Positions 54,697 to 64,000 of a stretch of 64,000 nt of DNA are shown in pieces. The DNA is taken from assembly GCA_012295275.1 (NCBI GenBank), contig CM022665.1:13082001-13146000 (forward strand). Direction: 5' to 3'. A program made the translations under genes and the position numbers. This DNA comes from Chrysomallon squamiferum (lineage: Eukaryota; Animalia; Mollusca). The first letter of the stretch is position 1. Each line of letters begins with the position of its first letter. The notes below the pieces were generated by a model that was not told the DNA's origin, made no database searches, and saw only the letters and a list, made by a program, of their open reading frames with translations.

Positions 54697-57554
54697 GACT
54701 CATTTGGTAGCACACCCATTAAAGGCCCTCACAGTTCCTAACTCTAGATTGGAAAACTCACCTAGAAGTTGATCAATTATATTAATTCTTATCTTTTTAG
54801 CTTACCTACTTAACAGATTTGAGAACAATGGGCTTAGTCATACAAAACCTTTTGTCAGTAATACATTAATCCAAAGTATTTACATAGTGCTAAAAAGTTA
54901 AACCAATCAACAGGAAATTTAAAGACTTAATGATTAAGAAATTTTTATTTTTTTTTAAATATAAAAATAAAAAAAATTAAAAAAATAAAAATTTAAAAAA
55001 CCCCAACAACTTTTCTGTTTAAAATATAAAAACAAAAACAAAACAATAATAATAAATAAAAAGAAATAGATTTAAATTAAATTGTCTGGTGTTAAAAAAG
55101 CAACATAAATAATTATATTATTTATTAAGAAGAAAGGAAAAGGATATAAAAAAAAAATCAAATCAAAATTAGCTTCTTTAAAAGAGATAAAAAGACAGTA
55201 AAAAGAAAGAAAACAAATGAAAAAGAAAAAGAAAAAAAGGAAAGTAAATTAGAAACTATTAAATTACAGATAGTTTCTAGTATATATTTACATTTTTTAA
55301 TAAATTCTGAATATATAAGTACATTTCAAAAAACTAAAAGTATTTGAAAAATATGCAAGGAATTTTAAAAACAAAAAAACAACTATTCAGTGAAAGATAA
55401 TTTGAAAATTCCAGTGGAAAAAACAAAACAAAAGAACTTAACAGTACTATTCACATTTGTGAAATAAAGGGTGAGATAAATGTATATTTGATACATGTTG
55501 ATATCTGACTGTTTTGGGGTTCTGTCACAGATGTATAATTAATGTATTGCTTTGTGTTTATGCTTTACGAGATAGGTTTCATTTCACTTTATCATAATCA
55601 ATTTTCTTAACATTTGCTTTTTTATCACCTGTTTCTGAAAATTTCATGCCAAATGTGAGAGTGTTTGTAAACTATTGCTAATACCTGTGGATTTTGTCAG
55701 TAATACCTGTAGATTTGTGTTTTAAATGTCTGTATGCATACACTGGGGTATCCAAGTACAGTAACAACAGCCTTTATCTACCACCATAAAAAAAATGGGG
55801 TTTTTGTTGTTGTTGTTGTGTTTTATAGTAACAACTTTTATTTTCTGAAAAACAATTATTTTAATTTATTTATTTAGTTAGTTAGTTTCTTTATTTCTTT
55901 ATTATTTTCATTATTTATTTTTTATTATTTTTATTATTTTCTTTCTTTCCTGTTATTGTTTTGAAAATGTCAACACCTTTTGCTTTTGCTGGGTGTTTTT
56001 GTTCTTTGTTTTATACATTTATTTATTTTGTTTATTGTTTCTGCAGGTACATATTTTAACTTATGTTTTTATATTAATTCTTAAAATATCTTTTATTATT
56101 ATTATTATTAAGAGCAGTAGTAGTAGTGGAAGTAGTAGCAGTTTGCCTTTTTGTATTCTTTTTTCACTTAAAAAAAAAAAAAAAAATAGAAAAAAAAATG
56201 TTTTGTGAAATCACTGAAATTTATCTGGATTTTGTATACTTTTTTGTTATCAAAAAGGAAAATTTCTAAGCTGAAAGAAGAATTATTTTAAATGTCAAAA
56301 ATGTTCAGAAAATTATTTTATTAATATCCCAGTACTTTAGTTTCTGAGTGCAATTTCCAAATAATCATTCTAATACAATTACTCATTACAGCATGTTAAT
56401 TATTGTAAAATGTGTATTCACATTATAAATGTGATGAACTTTACAACCAGGGTTTACTACAATAATTAAGTTTTAAAAATAACAGCACACTGACATTTTG
56501 ATTTGACAGGCAATTGCATACACCAGATATTTAATAATCCAACTGACCTGTGAACTGCAGAACTTGTTTTCACTTATCACTGTACATATAACTGTTATCT
56601 TTTACACACAAATAAAATCTGTTTTGAATTATTTATGGATAAAATGTCACGAGGTATAATAAAGCCAAATCTTTATAACTGAAAACTGAAAGAGATTGAG
56701 GTCTAGTTTGAGTTAATGAAATTAACTTTTACTTATGAAAATGTGGGCCATGTCTGTCATTTTACTAAAATATTACAAAGTGCTGCTTGAAAACTTTAAA
56801 AATAAATAAATAAAAAAGAAAGGAAGAAAGAAAGAAAGATATAAAATAAAGAAACTAAAGAAAGGGAGAAATCAAAGAAAAAAGAAAAAATATATATTAA
56901 TAATAAATAAAATAACAACATGAATAAAATAAATAATAAATGAGAATGAATGAATGAATAAACAAACTAACAAATAAACAAATAAATGAATAAACAAAAC
57001 AAAAAATAATATTAATAAAACAAATTTTTGTCTGTGTTCAACATCTCTATTTTACAATTATATTCACAAGTTGTTCAAATTACAAACAAACAATAAATCT
57101 TTTTTTCTTTTTTCAAATTGGATCTGAATTGTTGCCAAAACCAGCCATGCACATGACACAACAAATTAATTAAAACTGACAGAAAGGTTGTATGTGTAAA
57201 GTTGAAGAAGACACACCCATACACACAAATATGATCCATACATACATATATACAGATATTTTTAGTTCATTGTTTAATAATTTATTCAACGTTTTGTTTT
57301 TTCTGTAATAACTTTTTTCGAAGTGTCATTCATTTTTGGACCTGTCGATTTCTTCATTCATTTTTTATTTTATTTTATTTATTTATTTTTTTTATTTTTT
57401 TTTTTAACTTACAGTAAAATAAAATAAATATTAAAATAAATTAGTAATAAAATAATAAACATTTATTTATTTTGTTTCATTTTGTTTTATTTCATTTTTA
57501 TGTATTTTTAAAATTATTTATTTATTTACTTATTGTTACTATTATTATTGTTAC

Positions 57555-57599
<45 letters not shown>

Positions 57600-58114
57600 T
57601 GTTTTCAGGTTTATATACATATATGTGTGTGTGTGTGTGTGTGTTATCTCACACATATGTATGTGTGTTTATGTAGTATCTATGTATGTATGTTTGTATA
57701 TAAAATAATAGATGCCAGGTATAAACAGTTATAAATTCAAATGACCTTGTCAGTGATGGCTATTTGCAAGTGTATAGTTGTTGCTAATCAACTGTAAATA
57801 AATACTATCATTACATATCATCATGAATGCTTTTATAAGACCAATACAAACATAACATATGTTTTACATGAGATATGGATGTTTTCTGAAGATATCTAAT
57901 TTTGCTACAGTCATATTTTCACCACAAGCTAAATGTAAACAGGATGAAACAAGAAGAATGAATATGGTGACAAGATTAGGGGAATTGATTTAAATTTATT
58001 ATATCATAAAATGTAGGTGTTGGAATCTATAAGTACTTTTCAGGTTGTTATTTGAAAGTAGTTAAGTCTACTGATATATGATTTTTCTTGCTCAGGTGTG
58101 TGTCTAGTCTGGGG

Positions 58115-58158
<44 letters not shown>

Positions 58159-59035
58159 ATTACTATTTATTTTTTTTTTTTATTTTTTTTTATTTTTTTT
58201 TTTTTTTTGAGGATTGCCTTCCTTTCCTTCAGTTATCTTTTTTATTATATTTGTTCAGGATATTTTGAAATATAATTGCCCATATTAAAGTTATATATCT
58301 GGATTTTCTTACCTGCCTGGTAATGTTTTCCATTTTGTATTTTATTTTGCCATGTTTAAGATTCATAATGGTTTTTAATACTAGTTATGTTTGATCATAT
58401 GACTGCCATCTGGCTATGTTTTACTTTATTTTTTTATTTTTTTTAAGGATGGTTCATTCCCCCCACTCCAAGTACCATTATTTATAAAACACATTTTTTA
58501 GTATTTCAAATTCATGTCTGTTATATAAAAATAATTATGTTTCTTTCTTTGTAGTTTGCCTAATTCAACAATTATATCTGGAATGCAGGAATACAATCTC
58601 CATTTCAAGTAAACTACATACATCTTGTATTATTTTGTTACATGTTTGAAAGAATTAAAAAGAAAGAAAGATAATAACAACACAAAACTTTTTTTTAAAT
58701 CCCACAACATATAAATAACAAATAAGGAAAACAAAAATTCTCACCTCTCCTATTCTTGGAATAACACCAATTTCTCCCTGAAATACAAAATATCTAAGTA
58801 AGTCTTATTACACTTTAAGTAATGATAGTAAATATGTTAAGTTCTTTTTAAGATATTTTACATGTAATACAAAGAATAGAGATTAAAAAAAGCTTAGAAA
58901 CATAATTATTATACATACCGGATATCCCATCATAGTGTAAGTTTTTCCTGTACCTGTCTGACCATAAGCAAACAGGCATGCATTGTATCCTTCAAATGCT
59001 GATGTGAGTACCTCTGTACCCAAATCCTGAAATAC
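1..59035 (-). CDS. STARD9: Multi-exon kinesin-3 gene, STARD9/KIF16A-like (partial at both ends; 25 exons, about 4,441 codons in window)
   Basis: Hand-assembled GT-AG exons with consistent phases. Motor motifs [39 protein letters not shown], followed by an FHA domain. STARD9-type signatures (compared from memory): VFQDLG, switch-I HxHExSSRSH instead of MNxxSSRSH, ERADPSY, long loop-12 insert, giant low-complexity exon. START domain not visible. Confidence 0.85.
145..4095 (-). repeat. Degenerate coding tandem repeat, about 150-nt/50-aa period, about 20 copies of core ETVITETVT(Y/F)VT
   Basis: Forward gtttcaagatc or near-variants recur near 1741, 2050, 2206, 2359, 2548, 2695 and 2833; translated cores listed in findings. 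Confidence 0.85.
12038..12153 (-). CDS. STARD9: Exon (K)[38 protein letters not shown]
   Basis: tttcag|...|gtaata; 116 nt, phase 2-1; bridges the phases of the two large exons. Confidence 0.9.
14545..14562 (-). CDS. Candidate 18-nt microexon (N)HTGLK(R)
   Basis: caatttttag|CCATACTGGATTAAAAAG|gtaaga; phase 2-2, no stop; TACTAAC about 23 nt downstream. Confidence 0.5.
15483..16395. repeat. Diverged about 100-bp direct duplication (about 15483-15585 and 16285-16395)
   Basis: Shared gtgtactaaaaat...aatctttcacctatatacacac..taaacaaaa...cacattcacaaatacac. Confidence 0.85.
16560..18931 (-). CDS. STARD9: 2,372-nt exon: coiled coil then S/D/E-rich, probably disordered stalk ([10 protein letters not shown]...QQLNTS)
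   Basis: aaacag|...|gtaagt; phase 0-2; the 802-aa ORF of the track trimmed to its splice sites. Confidence 0.93.
19286..19473 (-). CDS. STARD9: Exon (S)[18 protein letters not shown]...KSMQTE...[10 protein letters not shown]
   Basis: gcacag|...|gtattg; 188 nt, phase 1-0. Confidence 0.9.
19560..20830. repeat. About 1.3-kb extreme A-rich (AAATA-type) low-complexity tract
   Basis: Near-absence of G/C, repeated aaata/aaaat. Confidence 0.85.
20913..21133 (-). CDS. STARD9: Coiled-coil exon (R)[16 protein letters not shown]...[10 protein letters not shown]
   Basis: ctccag|...|gtgagt; 221 nt, phase 2-1; E/K/R-rich heptads. Confidence 0.93.
21231..21274. repeat. (TA)n microsatellite
   Basis: Direct reading. 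Confidence 0.95.
25954..26042 (+). mobile_element. Degenerate fragment of an interspersed SINE-like repeat; second weaker copy at about 45247-45330
   Basis: agaggaaacccacagcagcca...ttaacagcaaaggatct...caggacaacacatacca resembles, from memory only, an abundant gastropod repeat (gagaggaaacccgctg...ttagcagcaagggatct...gcacataccac). The two copies in the window resemble each other. Confidence 0.5.
26074..26127 (-). CDS. STARD9: Coiled-coil exon (S)[17 protein letters not shown](R)
   Basis: tttcag|...|gtatgt; 54 nt, phase 2-2. Confidence 0.9.
28847..29129. mobile_element. piggyBac-type MITE, about 283 bp
   Basis: TTAA|CCCTTTTA(GCA)CCACT ... AGTGGTAAAAGGG|TTAA: TTAA duplication at 28843-28846 and 29130-29133, with CCC/GGG termini typical of piggyBac. 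Confidence 0.7.
29184..29204 (-). CDS. Candidate 21-nt microexon (R)LQSAQI(C)
   Basis: ctaattttctcctcttccccactcag|ACTGCAGTCAGCTCAGATCTG|gtgagt; phase 2-2, no stop. Confidence 0.6.
31361..31473 (-). CDS. STARD9: Post-FHA exon [37 protein letters not shown](S)
   Basis: taacag|...|gtaaat; 113 nt, phase 0-2; M..NP motif resembles KIF16 proteins. Confidence 0.9.
33360..33374 (-). CDS. Candidate 15-nt microexon LLLAG
   Basis: aatttcag|CTACTACTTGCTGGG|gtaagt; phase 0-0; TGCATG and TACTAAC downstream. Confidence 0.6.
34082..34164 (-). CDS. STARD9: FHA end exon (G)[27 protein letters not shown]
   Basis: tttcag|...|gtatat; 83 nt, phase 1-0; FRFN.P.EA motif. Confidence 0.96.
34903..35040 (-). CDS. 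STARD9: FHA exon (I)[45 protein letters not shown]
   Basis: tttcag|...|gtaaaa; 138 nt, phase 1-1; HC and NG FHA motifs. Confidence 0.95.
35408..35459 (-). CDS. STARD9: FHA exon [17 protein letters not shown]
   Basis: ttatag|...|gttagt; 52 nt, phase 0-1; FHA IGR motif. Confidence 0.95.
35782..35922 (-). CDS. STARD9: Pre-FHA/FHA exon [47 protein letters not shown]
   Basis: ttacag|...|gtatgt; 141 nt, phase 0-0; LPHL...DDD.LSTG motif. Confidence 0.96.
36222..36272 (-). CDS. STARD9: CC1 exon [17 protein letters not shown]
   Basis: ttacag|...|gtgaga; 51 nt, phase 0-0; LT..W..KW..TQ motif of the KIF16 group. Confidence 0.93.
36713..36796 (-). CDS. STARD9: CC1 exon [28 protein letters not shown]
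   Basis: taacag|...|gtcagt; 84 nt, phase 0-0; EKLQ.NE motif of kinesin-3 CC1. Confidence 0.88.
37669..37718. repeat. Perfect 17-bp inverted repeat with 16-nt spacer
   Basis: TCACTGATTTGTTATCA (37669-37685) / TGATAACAAATCAGTGA (37702-37718). Confidence 0.95.
38310..38970. repeat. Old degenerate minisatellite, about 27-bp unit ATTTCTAGAGACACTGTTAGTGTTGTT
   Basis: TTTCTAGA core and variants recur every 23-28 bp over about 660 bp. Confidence 0.85.
39022..39117 (-). CDS. STARD9: Neck-CC1 linker exon [32 protein letters not shown] (possibly cassette)
   Basis: ttttcctctttcag|...|gtactt; 96 nt, phase 0-0, open frame; no homology support. Confidence 0.7.
39915..39988. repeat. Compound (AAT)n(AAC)n microsatellite
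   Basis: Direct reading; similar triplet arrays at about 11977-12022, 26297-26380 and 54649-54696. Confidence 0.93.
40167..40235 (-). CDS. STARD9: Neck coil exon [23 protein letters not shown]
   Basis: ttccag|...|gtttgt; 69 nt, phase 0-0; kinesin-3 DP..LIREL..EI motif. Confidence 0.95.
40715..40945. repeat. Degenerate minisatellite, about 20-30-bp unit CTTGGTAAAGAGACCCTTAGAACAGTAC
   Basis: Recurring gagatcccttagaa / gtaccttg / gaacagtaaaga variants. Confidence 0.75.
40959..41056 (-). CDS. STARD9: Motor C-terminus/neck linker exon (T)[32 protein letters not shown]
   Basis: aattag|...|gtgaga; 98 nt, phase 1-0. Confidence 0.96.
41562..41762 (-). CDS. STARD9: Motor exon with extended loop 12: (A)[66 protein letters not shown]
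   Basis: tctcag|...|gtatgt; 201 nt, phase 1-1. Confidence 0.97.
42072..42178 (-). CDS. STARD9: Motor exon (S)[35 protein letters not shown]
   Basis: ttttag|...|gtaagt; 107 nt, phase 2-1. Confidence 0.97.
44821..44873 (-). pseudogene. tRNA-derived fragment (3' half of a tRNA pseudogene or SINE head)
   Basis: Minus strand CAGAT-cttatttgtg-ATCTG stem, aaggtc variable loop, B-box-like GAGTTCAATCCCTG; no intact D-arm or acceptor stem. Confidence 0.55.
46592..46668. repeat. (GT)n microsatellite; reads (CA)n on the transcript about 12 nt after the switch-II exon donor
   Basis: Direct reading. Confidence 0.97.
46681..46748 (-). CDS. STARD9: Motor exon, switch II: [22 protein letters not shown](S)
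   Basis: ctgcag|...|gtaaga; 68 nt, phase 0-2. Confidence 0.97.
47887..47955. repeat. 37-bp-period tandem duplication of TTAGGTGTATGAGTTACAAATGTTTT
   Basis: Two adjacent identical copies separated by a T run. Confidence 0.9.
50795..50828. repeat. (GA)n microsatellite within a purine-rich tract
   Basis: Direct reading. Confidence 0.95.
50902..50974 (-). CDS. STARD9: Motor exon, switch I: (R)[24 protein letters not shown]
   Basis: tttcag|...|gtacat; 73 nt, phase 2-0. Confidence 0.97.
51369..51438 (-). CDS. STARD9: Motor exon (G)[22 protein letters not shown](R)
   Basis: tttcag|...|gttagc; 70 nt, phase 1-2. Confidence 0.95.
51603..51718 (-). CDS. STARD9: Motor exon (S)[38 protein letters not shown]
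   Basis: ttttag|...|gtgaat; 116 nt, phase 2-1; EIYNE.VRDLL and VREHP motifs. Confidence 0.97.
52355..52416 (-). CDS. STARD9: Motor exon [20 protein letters not shown](S)
   Basis: ctgtag|...|gtacgt; 62 nt, phase 0-2. Confidence 0.92.
58745..58777 (-). CDS. STARD9: Motor exon [11 protein letters not shown]
   Basis: tttcag|...|gtgaga; 33 nt, phase 0-0; kinesin GxIPR motif. Confidence 0.95.
58919..59035 (-). CDS. STARD9: Motor exon with P-loop: [39 protein letters not shown]
   Basis: ttccag|...|gtatgt; 117 nt, phase 0-0. Confidence 0.97.
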
Positions 59036-60219
59036 CTGGAATTATAAAAATAACATTTAAATGTAAAAAGTAATTAATTTAAACAAATGTTTTAATGGAT
59101 AAAAGATGTACAAACTTGGGAAAAAGTAGTTTCATTTTGTGCCAGCCTATACATGCATAATGTGCTTGAGTTTGTGGATATATCTATGCTTTAATGTCAC
59201 ATTTTATCATAGTTTAGAAGGCTTCAGTAACTATTCTGTGAGATTTTAAAGAATATATGTACTTAATATTAATTATCTCACTATTTATCTCCTTAATAAT
59301 ACTGGCAGAAATCCAATTTTTATGTTGTATCTCACAGTTGTGAAATACTAAATTTTTTTTTTTATTATTCTTTTTTTAGAATTAACAGCAAATGTTCTTT
59401 TTCATGTACCTTCCCATGGCTAGGAAAGAATAAATAGAGTATTGTTTGTAAAAGTGAAAGTGGATACATCATAAGCATTGACCTTCTGACTATCACATTT
59501 TAGCTCTGTGTTTTAGTACTGAACATAAGCCTGCCAATAAAAAAAAAAAATAAATAAATAAAGATATATATGTATATAAAAATTTCAAACTTATTTAATT
59601 TTTCTGCTACATTTTATGTTTGACACTGTAATAAGATATACAATGTGGTGTTTTGTATTTCTTCATTTGTTGTTTAGAGTCCCATAAATACTTTCAAGTT
59701 AATGATATTGTAAAGATTTGTAACTAAATCAGTTGACTTCAACACGGAAAAAAGATACATAGTAATTAGAGATACAAAGACCTTGGTACTTTATAATAAA
59801 AACTCTTTAAAAAGAAACAACAACAAAAACAAAACAAAACGCTAAAAACAACAAACTAACAACACAAAACAAAAAAAACAACAACAATATACTGCAATCA
59901 AATGTACAGGCATAATAATAAAATATACCAATTCAATAGAGCCAGGATTGCCTTATTAATAATGTTTTAAATTCTATTTAATTAAAGATGGTTTCTGCAT
60001 GATGATAAAAGAAAGAGGAAACCAGTTTTGTATCACAGATATACCAGTCTTTGATAAACTAGTTATGCAACACTGGTTAGAAAAAAAAATAAGACAGAGA
60101 ATACTTAGCAGATTTGATCCTGTGATGTATCATTGTTAGAACCTAGTGTAAGAATGTATAGAGAAATAGTTTTCTCTATTTACGAGACATTCCTTTATCT
60201 TTTCATCTAGTGTAATAGA

Positions 60220-60448
60220 AGATAATTACACATACATCAGATAATTAAACATACATCACTCATAGTAACAGATAATTAAACATACATCACTCACAGTAAC
60301 AGATAATTAAACATACATCACTCATATAACAGATAATTAAACATACATCACTCATAGTAACAGATAATTAAGTATACATCACTCATAGTAACAGATAATT
60401 AAGTATACATCACTCATAGTAACAGATAATTAAACATACATGACTCAT
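60220..60448. repeat. Minisatellite, 31-bp unit CAGATAATTAAACATACATCACTCATAGTAA, about 7 copies
   Basis: Units start at about 60238, 60269, 60300, 60330, 60361, 60392 and 60423, with few substitutions. Confidence 0.95.
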
Positions 60449-61544
60449 TGGTCTCAGTAACAGTTTAAGATGTAATAAATATAATTACATGTATACATAA
60501 AATATGTCGTGTGCAGGTATGTCTCACTTTGTGAATGCATGAATGAATACTTGTATTTTTGTATATCTGTTATGTCTGTATGTATGCATGTATGTGTGAA
60601 AATGTACATATCTGTAACTGTATGTTTATATATGTGTATGTATGTACATGTGTATATTTGTGTATGTATGTGTATGTATGTTTATATATATGTTTATATA
60701 TGCGTGTATGTACATATGATAGTACGTATGTATGTACTGACATATGTATTACATTTATGGATGAATGCATATGTTTCAAAGAGAGAGAGAGTGATATAAA
60801 GAGATAACATATTTGGGTATGTACACATACTTGTATACATTTTATATAAAATGGGCTATCATTTAAACTATGACATATCTGTAATATACATAACTTAATA
60901 ATAAAAAAAATAATAGAAAACATTTTAATAATTCACACAGATTTATAAAAAAAAACAAGTTGCAGAGTGTTCCAGTTTGAGAATTACTTCAGGTCAGACA
61001 CCTGTCTGTGGTTATATTGAGCAGACTCACAGACAACACGAGAGAGCTGTTTTGAATACTTGAGTGTTTCATAGTTAAAAGAGAGATTACTTTTCCATGG
61101 TGATGATAAATTGTTTTTTCTTCAGAGAACTCCAATTCCTGTCTATTTTTTTCATGGAGCAGATTTGTACAGAAGTATGGAGATATTATGTAATGTACAT
61201 ATTTTTTTAATTATTATTTTATTTATTATTTATTTATTTTATTTTTTTAATTATTATTATTATTATTATTATTATTTAGTTTTATTTTATTATTTTATAA
61301 TTAATTTTTCATTATTATTTTTTTTTTTTTTTTTGCTTTACCATAAGATATAAAAAATACTAAAAATGAAGAAATCAATCAGGTCAAAAAAAATAAAATA
61401 AAATTATGAATGACACTTCCCAAAAAATTATTACAGAAAAAACGAAATGTAAAATAAATGTTTAAACAATGAATTAAAAAAGTAAAAGAATGATTAAGAA
61501 GAAAATATGTTTAGAATGTGAAACAAAGAAAGAAAATCAAAGGA

Positions 61545-61580
<36 letters not shown>

Positions 61581-63139
61581 ATAGAAAAGAAAAAGAAACA
61601 AAAAAAAAAAAAAAAAAAAAAGTTATACCAAGTCATTAGCATGGAAGGCTTTGAAATATTTTTTTTTAGTTCTGTATAATTAAAGATAGTTTTTGCGTGA
61701 TAACAAGAGAGAGGAAACAAGCTGCCAAGGGATAATTTTAAAACATGAAGAATGAAAACTATATAACTAATGTACAATGTTTATGATTTTCTTTATTTTT
61801 ATTTTCCTGTTTTAAAATTTAAATTTAGTGAGTTATCACATTTTTATCTACAAATTTCACAGTCATTTTAGTGGGTGTTTTTTTTTACCAAAATAACAAA
61901 TAAAAGACACTTTCAGAGCCTCATTTATTGAAAATATCACTTGTGAGTAATAAAGAAAAACAGACACACGAAAATAAAAGAGAGACAGAGATAAAATAAA
62001 TAAATAATTAAAAATATTATTAAAAAAAACACACTGACAGACTGACTCACAGTCATAAAAATATATCCAGGACAGATGGACACATACAAAATCAGAGACA
62101 GTCAATGAGAACAACACAAAGAGAATAAGAAAAAGGAGAGGGTGAAAAGAAAGATACAAGAAAGAGAAAGGAAATGAAAGAAAAAAAAAGAGAAAGAAAG
62201 AAGGAAATAGCATTCTTGATACCAATATGAAAATAAACTTTAATCCTAAATCTCTGAAAACTTTATCAGTCGTAAATTACTACCTACACGTCATGTGACA
62301 GTCTGATAAAACTACTTTTCTGAGGCACATGGCACAGTGCCACCTGGAAACATGACTCATTGGGTCCATTTATGATAAAGTTCAAAATGAAAGTAGCCAC
62401 TCAAAAGTGGTGTAATTCAAAACATGGTACAGGCTTCAACACAGCTCTGAGTAACACACACATTTCATTACTAGAAACGTGAAATGTTTTAGAAATACCA
62501 AAACCTTTCACTTGAGATTCTGTTTGTCCAGACTTTTTTGTCAAGTGTTGTTTAGATCAAAGCTAGTGATAATGCTTAATTCTGGCCATGTTGATAAGCA
62601 CAAACTTATGAGTAATAAAAGCAAACAATATACTAATGTGCTGTAATATACCAATAACCTGCCTTTTTCAGCTATAAGTTATATGCTTATTTAAGTGGTT
62701 AAGTCTCTGCACTTAAAACTGACAGGTTCCAGGATCATGCCCTGTTAGTGACTCTTAGCAAGAATTGTTTACACTAGAAAAAGAATGATATTCTATATTT
62801 TATTTCTAATATATTAATAAAACAGTTTCGTAACTTATTCTTATTAACTAGTCATATTAACTATATATACTGATGTGCAGATAACCATGTTTTTTTTTTT
62901 TTATCTCAAAATGCTTTTGTCTAAATTTAGATGGGCTTATTTTTGTGTAGCCTCATTTTTCATGTTTTGTTATTTATTTTATTCTTTTAGTGAGCTAAGC
63001 ATCTGGATTCCATATCGAAAATAATGTGAAACATGTTTTTAATAAAAACTGAGGAAATAAATGAACTAATGCACCTACAGTCTGCATAAAACGTTTTTTA
63101 AATAAACAGTTATATTTTATTCATATACATGCATACACA

Positions 63140-63530
63140 CAGTGGTACCTTGACTTACGAGTTTAATTTGTTCTGTGATCAAGCTCATAACTCAATTTGC
63201 TTGTATATCAAATCAAATTTCCCAAATGAAATTAATTGAAATACTATTAATCCATTTCAGCCCCACAAAACCATCCCATGGTCAGAAAAAAGAAATTTGG
63301 CAAATTACTGCACAAAACATGAGCACAACACAACAGAGATGCTTCGACATCAAGGTAACCACACGAAGCAAATGAGTGAGACGAGGGATGCTGGGCGGAT
63401 GTTGTGTTGTTTGTTGCACCAACTAACAGCAGCTTATAAGAAGCTCACTCATTACATGGATTATGGCTCATGATTGCTCATAATTCAGAAAACTCGTAAG
63501 TTGGGGTACTCGTAAGTCAAGGTACCACTG
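63140..63530. mobile_element. Non-autonomous Tc1/mariner-superfamily (pogo/Tigger-like) MITE, 391 bp
   Basis: Perfect 23-bp TIR CAGTGGTACCTTGACTTACGAGT (63140-63162 / 63508-63530). TA on the right flank, CA (likely mutated TA) on the left. No transposase. Confidence 0.9.
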
Positions 63531-64000
63531 TATATATAAACACACATACAAACATACATACATGTAGATATATATGCATTTACATGAAGACACAGACAAA
63601 GACACAATAAAGAAAAAACATACACTTTATGAACCCTATAAGAATATTAATGTGATACATTCCTTATTAAAAAAGAATAATAATAATAATAATTATTATC
63701 TACTTTGAAATTTACTTTTTATATATATTTATATACTCTGCAGAGATAGAATTTCAAGTGAGTTAACTAAATTGAGGAACTTCATTGATAACCCAAAGCC
63801 AACAAGGTGATAAATTAACATGATATAAATGAAACATATAAACCAATATGTTTAAATCCTGTTTTTTTTTGTTTTTGTTTTTTTATTCTCTCTCCCTTTC
63901 CAAGATCAATATCATCTGTCTGTTTTTTTTTGTCCGTTATTTTCACAACATATCTCAGCAGGGGACTCACTGCCATTGAAACCAAAATCATTTTACTCTT

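Noticed and set aside
54756-54770. cttctag|gtgagt as a recursive splice site in the 6.3-kb intron
   Set aside because: Poor pyrimidine tract; about one YAGGTRAGT per strand is expected by chance in 64 kb.
60220-60448. Regular 31-bp repeats as a CRISPR-like array
   Set aside because: Head-to-tail with no unique spacers, in a eukaryotic intron; an ordinary minisatellite.
22381-62225. Numerous VCVC/YIYI/THTH/LLLL/ERER ORFs
   Set aside because: Translations of microsatellites and low-complexity intron DNA.

Overview
AT-rich, CpG-depleted, microsatellite-rich animal genomic DNA. It is an invertebrate, probably a mollusc, judged only from composition and one repeat family recalled from memory. 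Almost the whole window is one minus-strand gene, a STARD9/KIF16A-type kinesin-3. I assembled 25 GT-AG exons by hand (59035 down to <1). All splice phases join into one frame of 13,325 nt (about 4,441 codons). The order is motor domain (from just before the P-loop), neck coil, CC1, FHA, coiled coils, a 2.37-kb exon and a >=8.6-kb giant exon. The ORF track omits the giant exon because it runs off the window edge without a stop. The canonical N-terminal exons and the C-terminus (expected START domain) were not found in the window. Main observations: (i) about 20 copies of a degenerate ~50-aa repeat with an [12 protein letters not shown] core in the giant exon; (ii) several frame-preserving 15-21 nt microexon candidates and a 96-nt cassette exon, several flanked by Rbfox/QKI-type motifs; (iii) a STARD9-type loop-12 insertion without the beta-TrCP degron, while a DSGFPS degron occurs in the stalk. 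Introns carry a Tc1/pogo-type MITE, a piggyBac-type MITE, tRNA/SINE-like fragments, a perfect hairpin and minisatellites.
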